From Bacteroidia bacterium (GTDB lineage Bacteria > Bacteroidota > Bacteroidia > JAIBAJ01): a stretch of 64,000 nt of DNA. Where the stretch lies: contig JAIBAJ010000004.1 in assembly GCA_019695265.1 (NCBI GenBank), positions 402 to 64,401 on the forward strand, written 5' to 3'. The notes beneath the pieces were generated by a model. It was not told the origin of the DNA. It did no database searches and saw only the letters and a program-made list of their open reading frames with translations. The position numbers and the translations under genes are program-made. Positions 45,758 through 55,459 of the stretch are shown piece after piece (the first letter of the stretch is position 1; each line of letters starts with the position of its first letter).

Positions 45758-45861
45758 GACCCAAGCCCGAACTTTTGGGAAATGGATATACAATTTTGCT
45801 CATCCAGGGTGTTGGTGTGTTGATTACCCGGTCATTGCTGCAACTGTTTGGTTTTGCAGCC

Positions 45862-46005
45862 CGGGCAACGATAGAGGCGAGTAGCTCCCGGCAGAAATGG
45901 CTTCAGTGCGTTGGCAGCCGGGACTACAGACGATAGCGTGACCCGAAGCCCATTCCCAAAACTTATATATTTAAATAAATTTCAGTTGGGCGAAGGGGGC
46001 CCGCC
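45862..46005 (-). repeat. GC-rich structured intergenic element, copy II-4 (type II), right member of a head-to-head pair
   Basis: The plus strand reads CGGGCAACGATAGAGGCGAGTAGCTCCCGGC...GCCGGGACTACAGACGATAGCGTGACCCGAAGCCC...GGGCGAAGGGGGCCCGCC. Lies 3' of the minus-strand gene 46258..46677. Confidence 0.9.
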
Positions 46006-46203
46006 AAAAAACAAATGGAATAATTGGAAAGTTATACCGAATGTACATTATGTTTAGTCCAATTTTAGGTATTAATTTTTATTGAGAAAATTGGCCTAAC
46101 ATTCTGTATACTCGGCATTTACCAATCTAAATTTATAAAAGCCTTCGGACTATTTATAAATTAAAATTGGTATTAAATTTCTGTATTCCGGACCAACCGG
46201 TTC

Positions 46204-46240
46204 AAAAAAAAAGCCAAAACACGTAATGCCTTGGCTTTTT
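46204..46240 (-). terminator. Rho-independent terminator after 46258..46677
   Basis: On the minus strand, stem AGCCAA/TTGGCT around a 13-nt loop, followed by T9. Confidence 0.6.
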
Positions 46241-46257
46241 AAAGGTTAACAACCCGG

Positions 46258-46677
46258 TTAATGACCTTCTTTTTTATGGTCTTCGTCGTTTTTATTACAA
46301 CGCTCAACAATCAAGTGAAAAGTATCGTGAAGATGGGCCAATGCCGCTGTAATTTCTGCATCGCTTCCTCCTTTTTCGATAAGGGCTTTTAATGCATTTG
46401 CTTCTTTTTCAATTGCCTCTGTTGCTTCTTTAACCGATGGCTTATTGAATTCATCCGGAATTTTTGCTGTGTTTAAGGCTTTGGCTTTATCGCAAAACTC
46501 AGCTATTCTTGTTTTGATGGGTTTTAAATCACCTTCTTCGGAAGGGTGGAAGGTTTGAGACATTACACCGTGAAAGGTTTTCAATTCTACCCATTTATCA
46601 AATTTTGATTGAGCAAATGAGGAAGATGATACCAAAAGAAGAGCGAATAAAAAGGTAGCTTGAATTATTTTTTTCAT
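46258..46677 (-). CDS. Secreted helical protein with a His-rich C-terminus, unknown function
   Basis: Signal peptide MKKIIQATFLFALLLVSSSSFAQ. HLHDTFHLIVERC and a C-terminal DEDHKKEGH are present. Lies 73 nt downstream of the TonB-dependent receptor. Confidence 0.5.
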   Translation of the reverse strand: MKKIIQATFLFALLLVSSSSFAQSKFDKWVELKTFHGVMSQTFHPSEEGDLKPIKTRIAEFCDKAKALNTAKIPDEFNKPSVKEATEAIEKEANALKALIEKGGSDAEITAALAHLHDTFHLIVERCNKNDEDHKKEGH

Positions 46678-46750
46678 TTTATTGGGAAATTGTAGGCAAA
46701 AGTATCAACAGGACTGGTAAAAATGCTGTTGGAAATCAGTTTTTAAGAAT

Positions 46751-49063
46751 TTAAAATTGAAGTTTATATTGTAAGGTGAAACTTCTTGGAGCTTCCAGCA
46801 AGCCTGGTCTAAGCGAATATTCCTGATTGGATATATTTTTTACAATCAATGAAATAGTTGATCTGTCGGATAGTTTGTAAGCGAATCGCATATCGAATAC
46901 TAGAATGCCTTTTTTATGGCTTTCTCTGTATTTGCTAATTCCATTTAATTGATCAAAAATTAAATCGATACGTTCCATGAAGCTGTTGTAGGTGCAGGTT
47001 CCCCCAATGAGAATCTTTTTAAAAGGTTCAAATTCCAGATCGGCACGGGCCGTGTTTCGTAAGCGGTACTTCAAAATGCTGGAGGTAGCTAGCAAGCTAT
47101 CGGGTTTTCCTATACTTTGGAATAAGTTTTGGATAAAAATATTGGCTTTTCGTTGAGCTGTATCTGATTCTAAATCAGCCGGGTAATTGAAGGTATATCC
47201 GGCAAATAGTCGGACAGGAATTCCAAGTATTTTCCCATCGGCAATGGTGGAAATTTCGGCCCCTGCTATTCTTGCTCTGCTGATGTTTTTAGCTTGGAAA
47301 CCGAAGCCTTTTTCAGGGTCAATCAAGAATACATATTCAATCATATCCTTAAATTCATACCAGAAGAGTGCCATATCAAGGTAACCCATAAAGTTGCCGA
47401 ATTTATAACCTTGTTTAACGGCTAATTCGGAGGTCCAACCTGATTCAGGTTTCAAACTTGGGTTGGGGAAAATTTTTATGGAGCTTAAGCTGGCATCAAT
47501 GTAACGTTCACCCAAGCTAGGGAAACGGTAACCCTGACCCCAGTTAGTTCTAAGGAAAGTAGCCTTGCCAACTTTATAGTTGATACCGGCTCTAAAAACA
47601 GGTCTTCCCGGGTCGTTGGGTAAACCAAATACGTGATTACGTTCATACCGTGCACCTAACAATAGGGTAAGTTTCTCTTTAAATTCCTGTTCCAATTGCA
47701 GGTAACCAGCCATAAACAATTGTTTAAGTTTCATGCCTTCGTAGAGGCTGCTGTAGGAGTTAGAATAGCTGCCGATGGCACCGCTGGTCAGGCTTAATCC
47801 GAAATCGAATTGTTTTTGGAATTGGTAATCTCCCCAAAACAAATCGGTTGATGCAGTTGTTTTATTGTTACTTCCACTGTAGCGAGTTACTTTATAATAG
47901 CGACTTCTAATTTTATGAATGGCGCCGTTAGGTCCGCTGTAGCTAATTCTTGGGTCGATGGTGAAGTAAGAGTATTTATCTTCAGAGAGGGTACCTTCCC
48001 AAGGGGTGAGGGCACCTGCATCAGGGTCTTGCCAGAGAAAGAATCGTCCAAACTGCTGGTACATGGCATTTCCGGCCAATTCAAAGCTGAAATATTTTAA
48101 TTTTTTAGGTCTCCAGCGGGTTTTGAAATTCACCCTTGCTTGTTGGTCGCTTCCATTTTTCAGGTAACCAGAACTCCAATTTAAGTTTCCACCAATAATC
48201 AGGTCAATATTTCCAAACTTTTGGCGGTGGGAGAGGAAGGCATTTGTAAAAAAAGGATTAAAAAAGTTATCCCACCAGCGTAATTCTTTTCTAGCAGGAT
48301 TGCTGTACACGCCCTGAGCGATTGAAATTTTAGTTTGTGGTTTATCGTAAGCGTAACCGGTTCGAACGTGAATAACACCATTCATAGCACCGGAACCATA
48401 CAAGGAAGAGGCAGCACCTTTAATAACTTCCACTTGTTCCATATTCTCGATTGGAACAAAATTCCAGCGCACTTCGGATAGGTCACCGGTTAACATGGGC
48501 ATGTCATCTACCAAAACCTGAACTCTGGACCCTGTTCCATAGGCATAACCACTGCCGCCACGAATACTTGCCTGACCATCCACAATGGTAACTCCCGGAA
48601 CTTTTTCAACGGCTTTGGCAAGGTCGGGAGCATTGGTATTTTCAACCAGGTATTTTTTAATTACGTCAATAGAAACAACTTCCTTTGCAGCATCTTTTTC
48701 ATATTGAGAACCTGTTACGGTAACCAGCTTCAATTCTTTTTGTTCCGATTTCATTTGGATGTTTATCTCCTGACTTGTTCCGGCAACCGCATTTATTTCT
48801 CGTGTTTCTTGAGTAAAACCTAAGTAACTAAATCGGAGAATGTGTTTACCCGGTTCAACTTCCAGAATAAATTTTCCTAAAACATCCGTAACTGTTCCAA
48901 CACCAGAACTATCTGCCATAATGGTAACACCAATAATGGTTTCATTGTTTCTCGAGTCGGTTATGGTACCGGTAATTTTTGCTTTTTGGGAATAAAGTAC
49001 TTGACTTAAGGATAAAAAGACAAGCAATAAATAGCTTGTAATTAAGAGTGTTTTTTTTTGCAT
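46751..49063 (-). CDS. TonB-dependent receptor with an N-terminal carboxypeptidase-regulatory-like domain
   Basis: ITGTITDSRNNETIIGVTI (CarboxypepD_reg). Plug block VEVIKGAASSLYGSGAMNGVIHV. C-terminal TLQYKLQF. I chose the ATG at 49063 (MQKKTLLITSYLL). Confidence 0.85.
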   Translation of the reverse strand: MQKKTLLITSYLLLVFLSLSQVLYSQKAKITGTITDSRNNETIIGVTIMADSSGVGTVTDVLGKFILEVEPGKHILRFSYLGFTQETREINAVAGTSQEINIQMKSEQKELKLVTVTGSQYEKDAAKEVVSIDVIKKYLVENTNAPDLAKAVEKVPGVTIVDGQASIRGGSGYAYGTGSRVQVLVDDMPMLTGDLSEVRWNFVPIENMEQVEVIKGAASSLYGSGAMNGVIHVRTGYAYDKPQTKISIAQGVYSNPARKELRWWDNFFNPFFTNAFLSHRQKFGNIDLIIGGNLNWSSGYLKNGSDQQARVNFKTRWRPKKLKYFSFELAGNAMYQQFGRFFLWQDPDAGALTPWEGTLSEDKYSYFTIDPRISYSGPNGAIHKIRSRYYKVTRYSGSNNKTTASTDLFWGDYQFQKQFDFGLSLTSGAIGSYSNSYSSLYEGMKLKQLFMAGYLQLEQEFKEKLTLLLGARYERNHVFGLPNDPGRPVFRAGINYKVGKATFLRTNWGQGYRFPSLGERYIDASLSSIKIFPNPSLKPESGWTSELAVKQGYKFGNFMGYLDMALFWYEFKDMIEYVFLIDPEKGFGFQAKNISRARIAGAEISTIADGKILGIPVRLFAGYTFNYPADLESDTAQRKANIFIQNLFQSIGKPDSLLATSSILKYRLRNTARADLEFEPFKKILIGGTCTYNSFMERIDLIFDQLNGISKYRESHKKGILVFDMRFAYKLSDRSTISLIVKNISNQEYSLRPGLLEAPRSFTLQYKLQF

Positions 49064-49347
49064 ACGATACAATTTTGCGCAATTCCCCCCACCTAAAATA
49101 ATAACCTCTTCAGTTTGCAAAGGTAAAAGACTATTTTTTGAGTTTCCTCTTATCTTAAATATTAGTTACCAACAGGTGAGTTTAAATTTTGATTTTGAGA
49201 AAGTTGGTATTGTGAATTTCTTAATGGATGAGGATTTAATGATGGATTTGGTTAATTTTATAGGGGTTTTAGCCTGGTTTTTAGCTTATAGGATAGTAAA
49301 AGGGTGGAGTTTGTAAAAAAAATGTTGAGGTTTCCAAGACTCAATTA

Positions 49348-50187
49348 TTAACTAAGTTTAGTTTTCGATAGATTGGAATGTTGGATTATTTTTTTGCTTA
49401 ATTCTATAAAATCAGCTACACTTAATTGTTCTGCGCGTTTGCTGAGTTCGGGCCATTGGGGTAGTGGTTGGGGTAATAGTGGTTTTAATGCATTACTCAA
49501 CATTTTCCTACGTTGATTAAACCCCATTTTCACTACTTGTATAAATGATTTTTCATCGCAATCCAATTGTTTGACCTGATTTCTGGTAAGTCGTAATACG
49601 CCGGATTTTACTTTAGGTGGTGGATTAAAAACATGTTCATCTACAGTGAACAAATATTCAGCATTATAAAAGGCTTGAAGCAATACACTTATAATACCGT
49701 AGTCCTTATTTCCGGGTCCGGAAGCAACCCGTTGAGCTACTTCTTTTTGAAACATACCGGTAATTTCGGGTACCTGGTCTCGGTGTTCAAAGGCTTTAAA
49801 AAGGATTTGGGAAGAAATGTTATATGGGAAATTTCCTACGATAGCTAAAGGTTCATTCCCCCATTCTTTCCAATCCATTTGAAGGAAATCCCCTTGGATA
49901 AGGTGAAGTCCTTTGAATTTTTCTTTATTTAAAATAAGGTATTCGACGCTTTCGTTGTCAATTTCTGCTGCCATCAACTGGATGCCGGGTTTAGCAAGCA
50001 GGTAGCGGGTTAAAATTCCTGTTCCCGGACCAATTTCCAGAACTTTGGAATACCCGTTTAATGTAATGGAATCTGAAATTTTTTCTGCTATGGAATTGTC
50101 TTTAAGGAAATGTTGGCCTAAGTGTTTTTTTGCTCGAACCTGATCGGATGAATAGTCGGACTTTTTCTTTGGGTGTTTACCTTTCAT
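49348..50187 (-). CDS. rsmA: 16S rRNA (adenine1518/1519-N6)-dimethyltransferase
   Basis: KKHLGQHFLKD and LEIGPGTGILTRYL SAM motif, plus GNFPYNISSQILFK. Confidence 0.9.
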   Translation of the reverse strand: MKGKHPKKKSDYSSDQVRAKKHLGQHFLKDNSIAEKISDSITLNGYSKVLEIGPGTGILTRYLLAKPGIQLMAAEIDNESVEYLILNKEKFKGLHLIQGDFLQMDWKEWGNEPLAIVGNFPYNISSQILFKAFEHRDQVPEITGMFQKEVAQRVASGPGNKDYGIISVLLQAFYNAEYLFTVDEHVFNPPPKVKSGVLRLTRNQVKQLDCDEKSFIQVVKMGFNQRRKMLSNALKPLLPQPLPQWPELSKRAEQLSVADFIELSKKIIQHSNLSKTKLS

Positions 50188-51622
50188 GTTGCGTTAGGTT
50201 TTCCCAGGCCAAAGCGTAGTGATTGGTCAAGGAAATTTGGGTGTAAAGATCGTTGTATTTATCTTGTTCAGGAAGAAAATACAAGGAAACCCCTTTTTCT
50301 GACAACGACACCAATTCTGATTCAGTGAGATAGAATCGGAGGTGAGGAACCAATTTGGGGTTGTTGTTTAGGGCATAAACCATTAACTCGTTATACCACC
50401 ATCCACAAATAATTATGCTTGTTGCATATTCAGGCTGGTCTAAAGTAGTTGCAACCTCTTTGCAAAAACTTTCTTTGTTGTGGCGTTTAGTAAAATCGGA
50501 ATAAAGGGGGCCGGTTGCAGGATCGAAAAACAGTTCCTGATCACGGATTTTATAAACTTTAGCCCAGTTTGAATGCTTACTTCCCCGGTTGGCATCTGTT
50601 AAACCTAGTCCGAAAATAAAAGACGAAACCATGAGACATAAGAGAACAAATTTGTAAAGCATTTCCAATAAACCTACATTTAAGGCAAGGATGATAAAAG
50701 GGATTGCCGGAATCCAATATCCGGATTTTTGGGGCAATCGAAGGTATGAAAAAGTATACAAGAGCGTGATCAGGATAGCTAGGCCTACCATCACTTTGTT
50801 TTTTTTTGTTTGAATTTCTAATTTAGAAAATCCAATAAATAAGGTTTGCGAAATGCATGCTGATAGTATACCCAGCAAACCAATTACACCCCACACACCA
50901 AAAGTGGCTTTAAAGAGTACCTTTTCCCAGGAAGGGTAAGGGAATTGATCGTAGTATTGGAAAAATCGGTATCCATAGGATTGTAGAAGGGGTAAGTAAC
51001 AGATAGTGCCAATAATCAAACTAAGCATGACCAAGTTAACTGTACTTTTTATTTCTGTTTTGTCACGGTTGATGGTCAAAATCCAGGACAAGAAAGGGAG
51101 AAGGAAAATACCGGACGTAATACGGGAGCCAATAGCCAGACCTAAAAATAGAGCAGCCCATAAAAAGGAGGATTCGATCAAAAAGTAAAAGGACCATAAA
51201 ACGAATGCAAGGGTAAAACAATAGTCAATGGTATAGGTGCTACTAATAAATATTACCGGAACGAAGGCCAATGCTAATGCAGAGAGGTATGCAGCTTGTA
51301 AGTCTAGTTTATTGATTATTTTATAAAAAGCAACGGAAGCAAAGGCACAAGCTATTGCCGCGAGTAAGTTCCACCAAAAAGGTGAAGCATAAGGAAGGAG
51401 GAGGTAAAGGAATTCTGGAACCGGATGTCCGGGTAACCGTGAAGGTTCGTAGATGCCGGAATGGAGGGTTTGCCAGATAGCAAGAGGTGTTCCCCAACTA
51501 TCTTCTTCGGCTCCGTAGCCACAAAACAAAAAAGGAATTCGGCTGATTAATACAAGCAGGAATAGGGATACCAGTGTCCAATCCGGTTTGTATTTAAGGT
51601 TTAAATTCAAGACTGCCAGCAA
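50177..51622 (-). CDS. Polytopic membrane protein, GT-C fold glycosyltransferase-like (ArnT/PMT family 39-like)
   Basis: More than 10 TM segments. An acidic first-loop motif GYGAEEDSW is present. TTG start, and no in-frame ATG near the N-terminus. Confidence 0.5.
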   Translation of the reverse strand: MLAVLNLNLKYKPDWTLVSLFLLVLISRIPFLFCGYGAEEDSWGTPLAIWQTLHSGIYEPSRLPGHPVPEFLYLLLPYASPFWWNLLAAIACAFASVAFYKIINKLDLQAAYLSALALAFVPVIFISSTYTIDYCFTLAFVLWSFYFLIESSFLWAALFLGLAIGSRITSGIFLLPFLSWILTINRDKTEIKSTVNLVMLSLIIGTICYLPLLQSYGYRFFQYYDQFPYPSWEKVLFKATFGVWGVIGLLGILSACISQTLFIGFSKLEIQTKKNKVMVGLAILITLLYTFSYLRLPQKSGYWIPAIPFIILALNVGLLEMLYKFVLLCLMVSSFIFGLGLTDANRGSKHSNWAKVYKIRDQELFFDPATGPLYSDFTKRHNKESFCKEVATTLDQPEYATSIIICGWWYNELMVYALNNNPKLVPHLRFYLTESELVSLSEKGVSLYFLPEQDKYNDLYTQISLTNHYALAWENLTQHER

Positions 51623-51672
51623 CTTTGCAAAGTAAACGGATTTAGGAATTAATTGGTATTTGATAAGAAAAC

Positions 51673-51706
51673 AAAAAAGGCGACCTTATGCAGATCGCCT
51701 TTTTTG
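51673..51706 (-). terminator. Rho-independent terminator after 51726..52772
   Basis: On the minus strand, AAGGCGAT...GTCGCCTT stem (one G:U) followed by TTTTTTG. Confidence 0.6.
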
Positions 51707-51725
51707 TGAAAAGAAACTGGATGGA

Positions 51726-52772
51726 TTAATGAGCCACAGTGAAGTTTTTGGTTAAACGGCTTCCATTGGTAACCAAATTGAAAATATAATTACCATTGGC
51801 CAGGTTTTGAGTATTGATGTTTAAGGAATGGTTACCTTTTACACGGATACCTGCTGGAACATTAGCAATCATTTTTCCGCTCATATCGATGATTTCGTAA
51901 GAAGTACTGGCAGTGTTGCGTAAAGTGAAATTAACTACCATGTGATCATTTGCAGGATTTGGGAATAATCCCATTCCTTTAGTTTCGTCAAAATCTTTGA
52001 TACCTGCAGGGCCAATATAACCGTTACCTACCACAGCAATATCATCGATAGAGATTAAATTGTCGTCGTGGCTATTGTGCAAGAAAGCGATATAAACATC
52101 CATTCCTACGTAGGCATCCAAACTGATTTCGAAAGGTTTAAGAACACCGTGGAAACGAAGAGAATCATTGTCGTATTCGATGTAAGAACCATCCAAACCA
52201 TGCACATAACCATCGGAAAATTCAAATTCGGAGTAGCTGCTATCCGGAATTAAATCGCCTTGGCTAATAAATTCTGCAGCTTTAAAAAGAGTATCGGTGA
52301 ATTGGTCGGTGTGCTCATTGGTTCCGATGGAGGCAACAACAGCATATCCGTCGCAGTAACGAGGTGTTTGGAAAGGGGCTGATTTCCACAATAATTTAAC
52401 AGAAGCGTCATTAACGTGGATGGATGGTAAAATAAGCATGTTTTGAACCGGTGTGGTAGCATCATTTGTCCAGGAGTTGGATGCAAATACTACGTTTGTG
52501 TCACCATCCGGAGTGATAGAATCGGCAACAGAAAATGCGTAAGTTAAAAACCATTGGTCTGAGCGGCTAGAACCACTGGCATCAGCCAAACCATCGCCGT
52601 CAATATCGTACCAAAAGGTATCGTACAAAGCATTGGATGCTACTGCATCGATAATAATATGGTCGAAGGTATCTCCTTGGAAATTTTCCCAAAGCAAAGT
52701 ATCGGTTGAAGTTTGGGACATACCAACCAAGGATAAAAAAGCTAAAGAAAGAGTAGTAAACAGTTTTTTCAT
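51726..52772 (-). CDS. Secreted protein with a T9SS type A CTD (choice-of-anchor-like N-domain, function unknown)
   Basis: Signal peptide present. The C-terminus GLFPNPANDHMVVNFTL...GNYIFNLV...TKNFTVAH is a CTD. Confidence 0.6.
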   Translation of the reverse strand: MKKLFTTLSLAFLSLVGMSQTSTDTLLWENFQGDTFDHIIIDAVASNALYDTFWYDIDGDGLADASGSSRSDQWFLTYAFSVADSITPDGDTNVVFASNSWTNDATTPVQNMLILPSIHVNDASVKLLWKSAPFQTPRYCDGYAVVASIGTNEHTDQFTDTLFKAAEFISQGDLIPDSSYSEFEFSDGYVHGLDGSYIEYDNDSLRFHGVLKPFEISLDAYVGMDVYIAFLHNSHDDNLISIDDIAVVGNGYIGPAGIKDFDETKGMGLFPNPANDHMVVNFTLRNTASTSYEIIDMSGKMIANVPAGIRVKGNHSLNINTQNLANGNYIFNLVTNGSRLTKNFTVAH

Positions 52773-52831
52773 ACGTTGATTTTTCTAAATATTTGGGCAA
52801 AGCTAAACATTTAGCGGTTTACCTTTCGTAA

Positions 52832-52839
52832 TAATTTTG
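52832..52839 (+). promoter_or_regulatory. -7 box (TAATTTTG) abutting the putative TTG start of the 7TM-HD gene
   Basis: Exact TAnnTTTG. Its G is 5 nt upstream of the TTG at 52845. Confidence 0.35.
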
Positions 52840-52844
52840 CAGAT

Positions 52845-54890
52845 TTGCGCATTCGAACTTTTCTAAGAAATATAGCCTCCTTTTTATGGAACAGGCATGA
52901 GCTTGTTTTCAGGATATTTTTATTTGTATTGGCCATACTTATTACTGTATGGATTTTGCCAAAGGATGCCAAATTTGCCTTTGAGTATGAAATAGGTAAA
53001 CCATGGTTACATGAGAATTTGATAGCTCCGTTTGATTTTCCAATCCGGAAACCAAAACCAGAATTGGAGGCAGAGAAACGGGAATTGATTAAAAATAAGC
53101 ATTATTATTTTCGTATTGACACTACGATAGGACCAAAACAGATTAAGGAATTTAATGCCGAAGCCAATCGTTTATTCCCTAAGCAAAAAGCAATAGTTGT
53201 TCAGTTAAGCAAAAGGCTTCAAGAGGTTTATGGGAAAGGAATTATGTTGGTGAATGAACCTGCATACAACTTTGAATCGGATAAAGAAATTTACCTACTG
53301 AAAGGGAATGAAGCAAGTCCATTGTTGTTTGAACAATTGTTGACCCCGCAAAAGGCTTATGATTTGGTGATGGAATCCATTTCGGATTTGCCTGAAGGAC
53401 TTCAGGATTTGATTCCTACTTACTTGGTTCACAATGTTTTTTTTGATGATTTAACTACGGAGAAGGTTTTAAATGAAGATTTGACAGAGATTTCTCCATA
53501 CAAGGGCAAGGTTTCTGCCGGGATACGAATTGTTTCACGAGGGGATGTTGTAGATGAATATAAGTATCAGGTTTTGGAATCATTGAAGTCAGAATTTATC
53601 ATTCAGCAAGGAAATAATCAAGGTAAGTTTTTGCCTATTATTGGTTTGGTAGTATTGGTTACCATGGCAACCCTGGTGCTTTACCTTTTTTTGGCATTGT
53701 TCAGGAAGGATATTTTGGAAGATAATACCAAGGTTGCCTTTATTTTATTGTTGTTATTGGTAACGTTAGGAATGACCAAAGTTGCCATTAAATTGGATGG
53801 TATCAGCATTTATGCCGTTCCGTTTTGTTTGCTGCCAATGATAGTTCGTACATTTTTTGATACCCGTTTGGCTTTGTTTGCTCATTTGGTCGCTTGTTTG
53901 ATTATAGCATTTTTAGCCCCTAATGGTTTTGAGTTTGTGTTTTTGGAAGTTATAGCCGGTATTGTTGCCATTTTCAGCATTGCCAAATTGCAAAACAGAT
54001 CGCAGTTTTTCTTTTCCTCCTTAATTATTTTCATTGCCTATTTTGCAATTTACATGGGTTTAACTCTGATTCGCCATGGGGGAATAAAGGAAATGGAATG
54101 GCATAATTTGTACTGGTTTGCATTAAGTGTAACCTTTACCTTGTTTGCTTATCCGTTGATATATCTGTTTGAAAAAATATTTGGCTTAATTTCAGATGTA
54201 AGTTTGTTGGAATTATCCGATATTAATGGCAAGTTATTGAGGGAATTAGCCACCAAGGCTCCCGGTACTTTTCAGCATTCTTTGCAGGTTGCCAATTTAG
54301 CGGAGACAGCCATTTCTCAAATTGGTGGAAATCCATTGTTGGTAAGAACCGGAGCTTTGTACCACGACATAGGCAAGATGGAAAATCCTTATTATTTTAT
54401 TGAGAATCAGGTTTCGGGTTTTAATCCACATGATGAATTGAATTTTGAAGAAAGTGCGGCAATTATCATAGATCATGTTAGAAAGGGTGTAGAGATTGCG
54501 AAGAAGGAAAGATTACCCGATGAGATAACCGATTTTATTCGCACGCATCATGGTACCTCCCTGGTGCAGTATTTTTATCAAAATTATTTGAAGGATTTTC
54601 CAACAGGTAGCTTGGATAAAAACCATTTTTCTTATCCAGGACCTAAGCCATTTTCAAAAGAGACAGCAGTGCTTATGATGGCCGATAGTGTAGAAGCAGC
54701 TTCGCGCAGTTTAAGGGCCTATAATGCAGAAACTATTAGTCATTTGGTAGATAAGATAATTGATAGTCAAATTGAGCAGCAGCAATTTGCCAATGCTGAT
54801 ATTACTTTTAAAAACATCAATCAAATAAAACGAATTTTTAAACGCAAACTCCAGAACATTTACCATGTTCGAGTGGAATATCCTGAATAA
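52845..54890 (+). CDS. 7TM receptor with an intracellular HD/HDIG phosphohydrolase domain (PgpH-type, candidate cyclic-di-AMP phosphodiesterase)
   Basis: N-terminal TM plus extracellular domain, a 7TM block, then FQHSLQVANLAE...ALYHDIGKMENP...HHGTSLVQYF. The start codon is uncertain (TTG). Confidence 0.75.
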   Translation: MRIRTFLRNIASFLWNRHELVFRIFLFVLAILITVWILPKDAKFAFEYEIGKPWLHENLIAPFDFPIRKPKPELEAEKRELIKNKHYYFRIDTTIGPKQIKEFNAEANRLFPKQKAIVVQLSKRLQEVYGKGIMLVNEPAYNFESDKEIYLLKGNEASPLLFEQLLTPQKAYDLVMESISDLPEGLQDLIPTYLVHNVFFDDLTTEKVLNEDLTEISPYKGKVSAGIRIVSRGDVVDEYKYQVLESLKSEFIIQQGNNQGKFLPIIGLVVLVTMATLVLYLFLALFRKDILEDNTKVAFILLLLLVTLGMTKVAIKLDGISIYAVPFCLLPMIVRTFFDTRLALFAHLVACLIIAFLAPNGFEFVFLEVIAGIVAIFSIAKLQNRSQFFFSSLIIFIAYFAIYMGLTLIRHGGIKEMEWHNLYWFALSVTFTLFAYPLIYLFEKIFGLISDVSLLELSDINGKLLRELATKAPGTFQHSLQVANLAETAISQIGGNPLLVRTGALYHDIGKMENPYYFIENQVSGFNPHDELNFEESAAIIIDHVRKGVEIAKKERLPDEITDFIRTHHGTSLVQYFYQNYLKDFPTGSLDKNHFSYPGPKPFSKETAVLMMADSVEAASRSLRAYNAETISHLVDKIIDSQIEQQQFANADITFKNINQIKRIFKRKLQNIYHVRVEYPE

Positions 54891-54896
54891 TAAACG

Positions 54897-55394
54897 ATGT
54901 CATCAGCCTTAAAAAACCTATCTAGTTATGCCCCGGAGACCGTTCCGAATGGGAGAGAAATGAAAATTGCCGTTGTAGTATCGGAATGGAATCATGAAAT
55001 TACCGGAGCCCTCAAAGAAGGGGCTATTTTGACTTTAAAAAAGCATGGGGTTCTGGAGGAAAATATCATGGTTTGTTATGTTCCAGGTAGTTTTGAACTT
55101 CCATCAGCAGCACATTTAGTATTAAGTGCCAGGACGGATATGGATGCTGTTATTTGCCTAGGTTGTGTGATTCAAGGCGAAACCCGGCATTTTGATTTTA
55201 TTTGTGATGCTGCTGCTCAAGGCATTAAGGATGTTTCATTGAAATTTAATAAGCCTGTGATTTTTGGCGTATTAACACCCAATAACCAGCAACAGGCTGC
55301 CGATAGAGCCGGAGGTAAACATGGTAATAAAGGTGATGAAGCTGCTATTACAGCATTAAAAATGGTTGACTTGGCTCAACAATTGAATTCCTAA
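54897..55394 (+). CDS. ribH: 6,7-dimethyl-8-ribityllumazine synthase
   Basis: IAVVVSEWNHEIT...VPGSFELP...GCVIQGETRHFDFI...PVIFGVLT are canonical RibH blocks. Confidence 0.9.
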   Translation: MSSALKNLSSYAPETVPNGREMKIAVVVSEWNHEITGALKEGAILTLKKHGVLEENIMVCYVPGSFELPSAAHLVLSARTDMDAVICLGCVIQGETRHFDFICDAAAQGIKDVSLKFNKPVIFGVLTPNNQQQAADRAGGKHGNKGDEAAITALKMVDLAQQLNS

Positions 55395-55409
55395 AAAATT
55401 AGTTTGAGT

Positions 55410-55417
55410 TAATTTTG
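55410..55417 (+). promoter_or_regulatory. -7 box (TAATTTTG)
   Basis: Exact TAnnTTTG, 43 nt upstream of the ATG at 55460. Confidence 0.4.
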
Positions 55418-55459
55418 GTAGCTTGGAATTAATTTCTATTTTTCCATGCTATTAATCCA

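Noticed and set aside
49064-49347. A possible riboswitch (such as cobalamin) or Fur box in the 5' region of the TonB-dependent receptor
   Set aside because: I could find no B12-box-like GCCACTG core, no extended GC-rich pairing and no clear palindromic operator. The region looks like plain AT-rich leader DNA.
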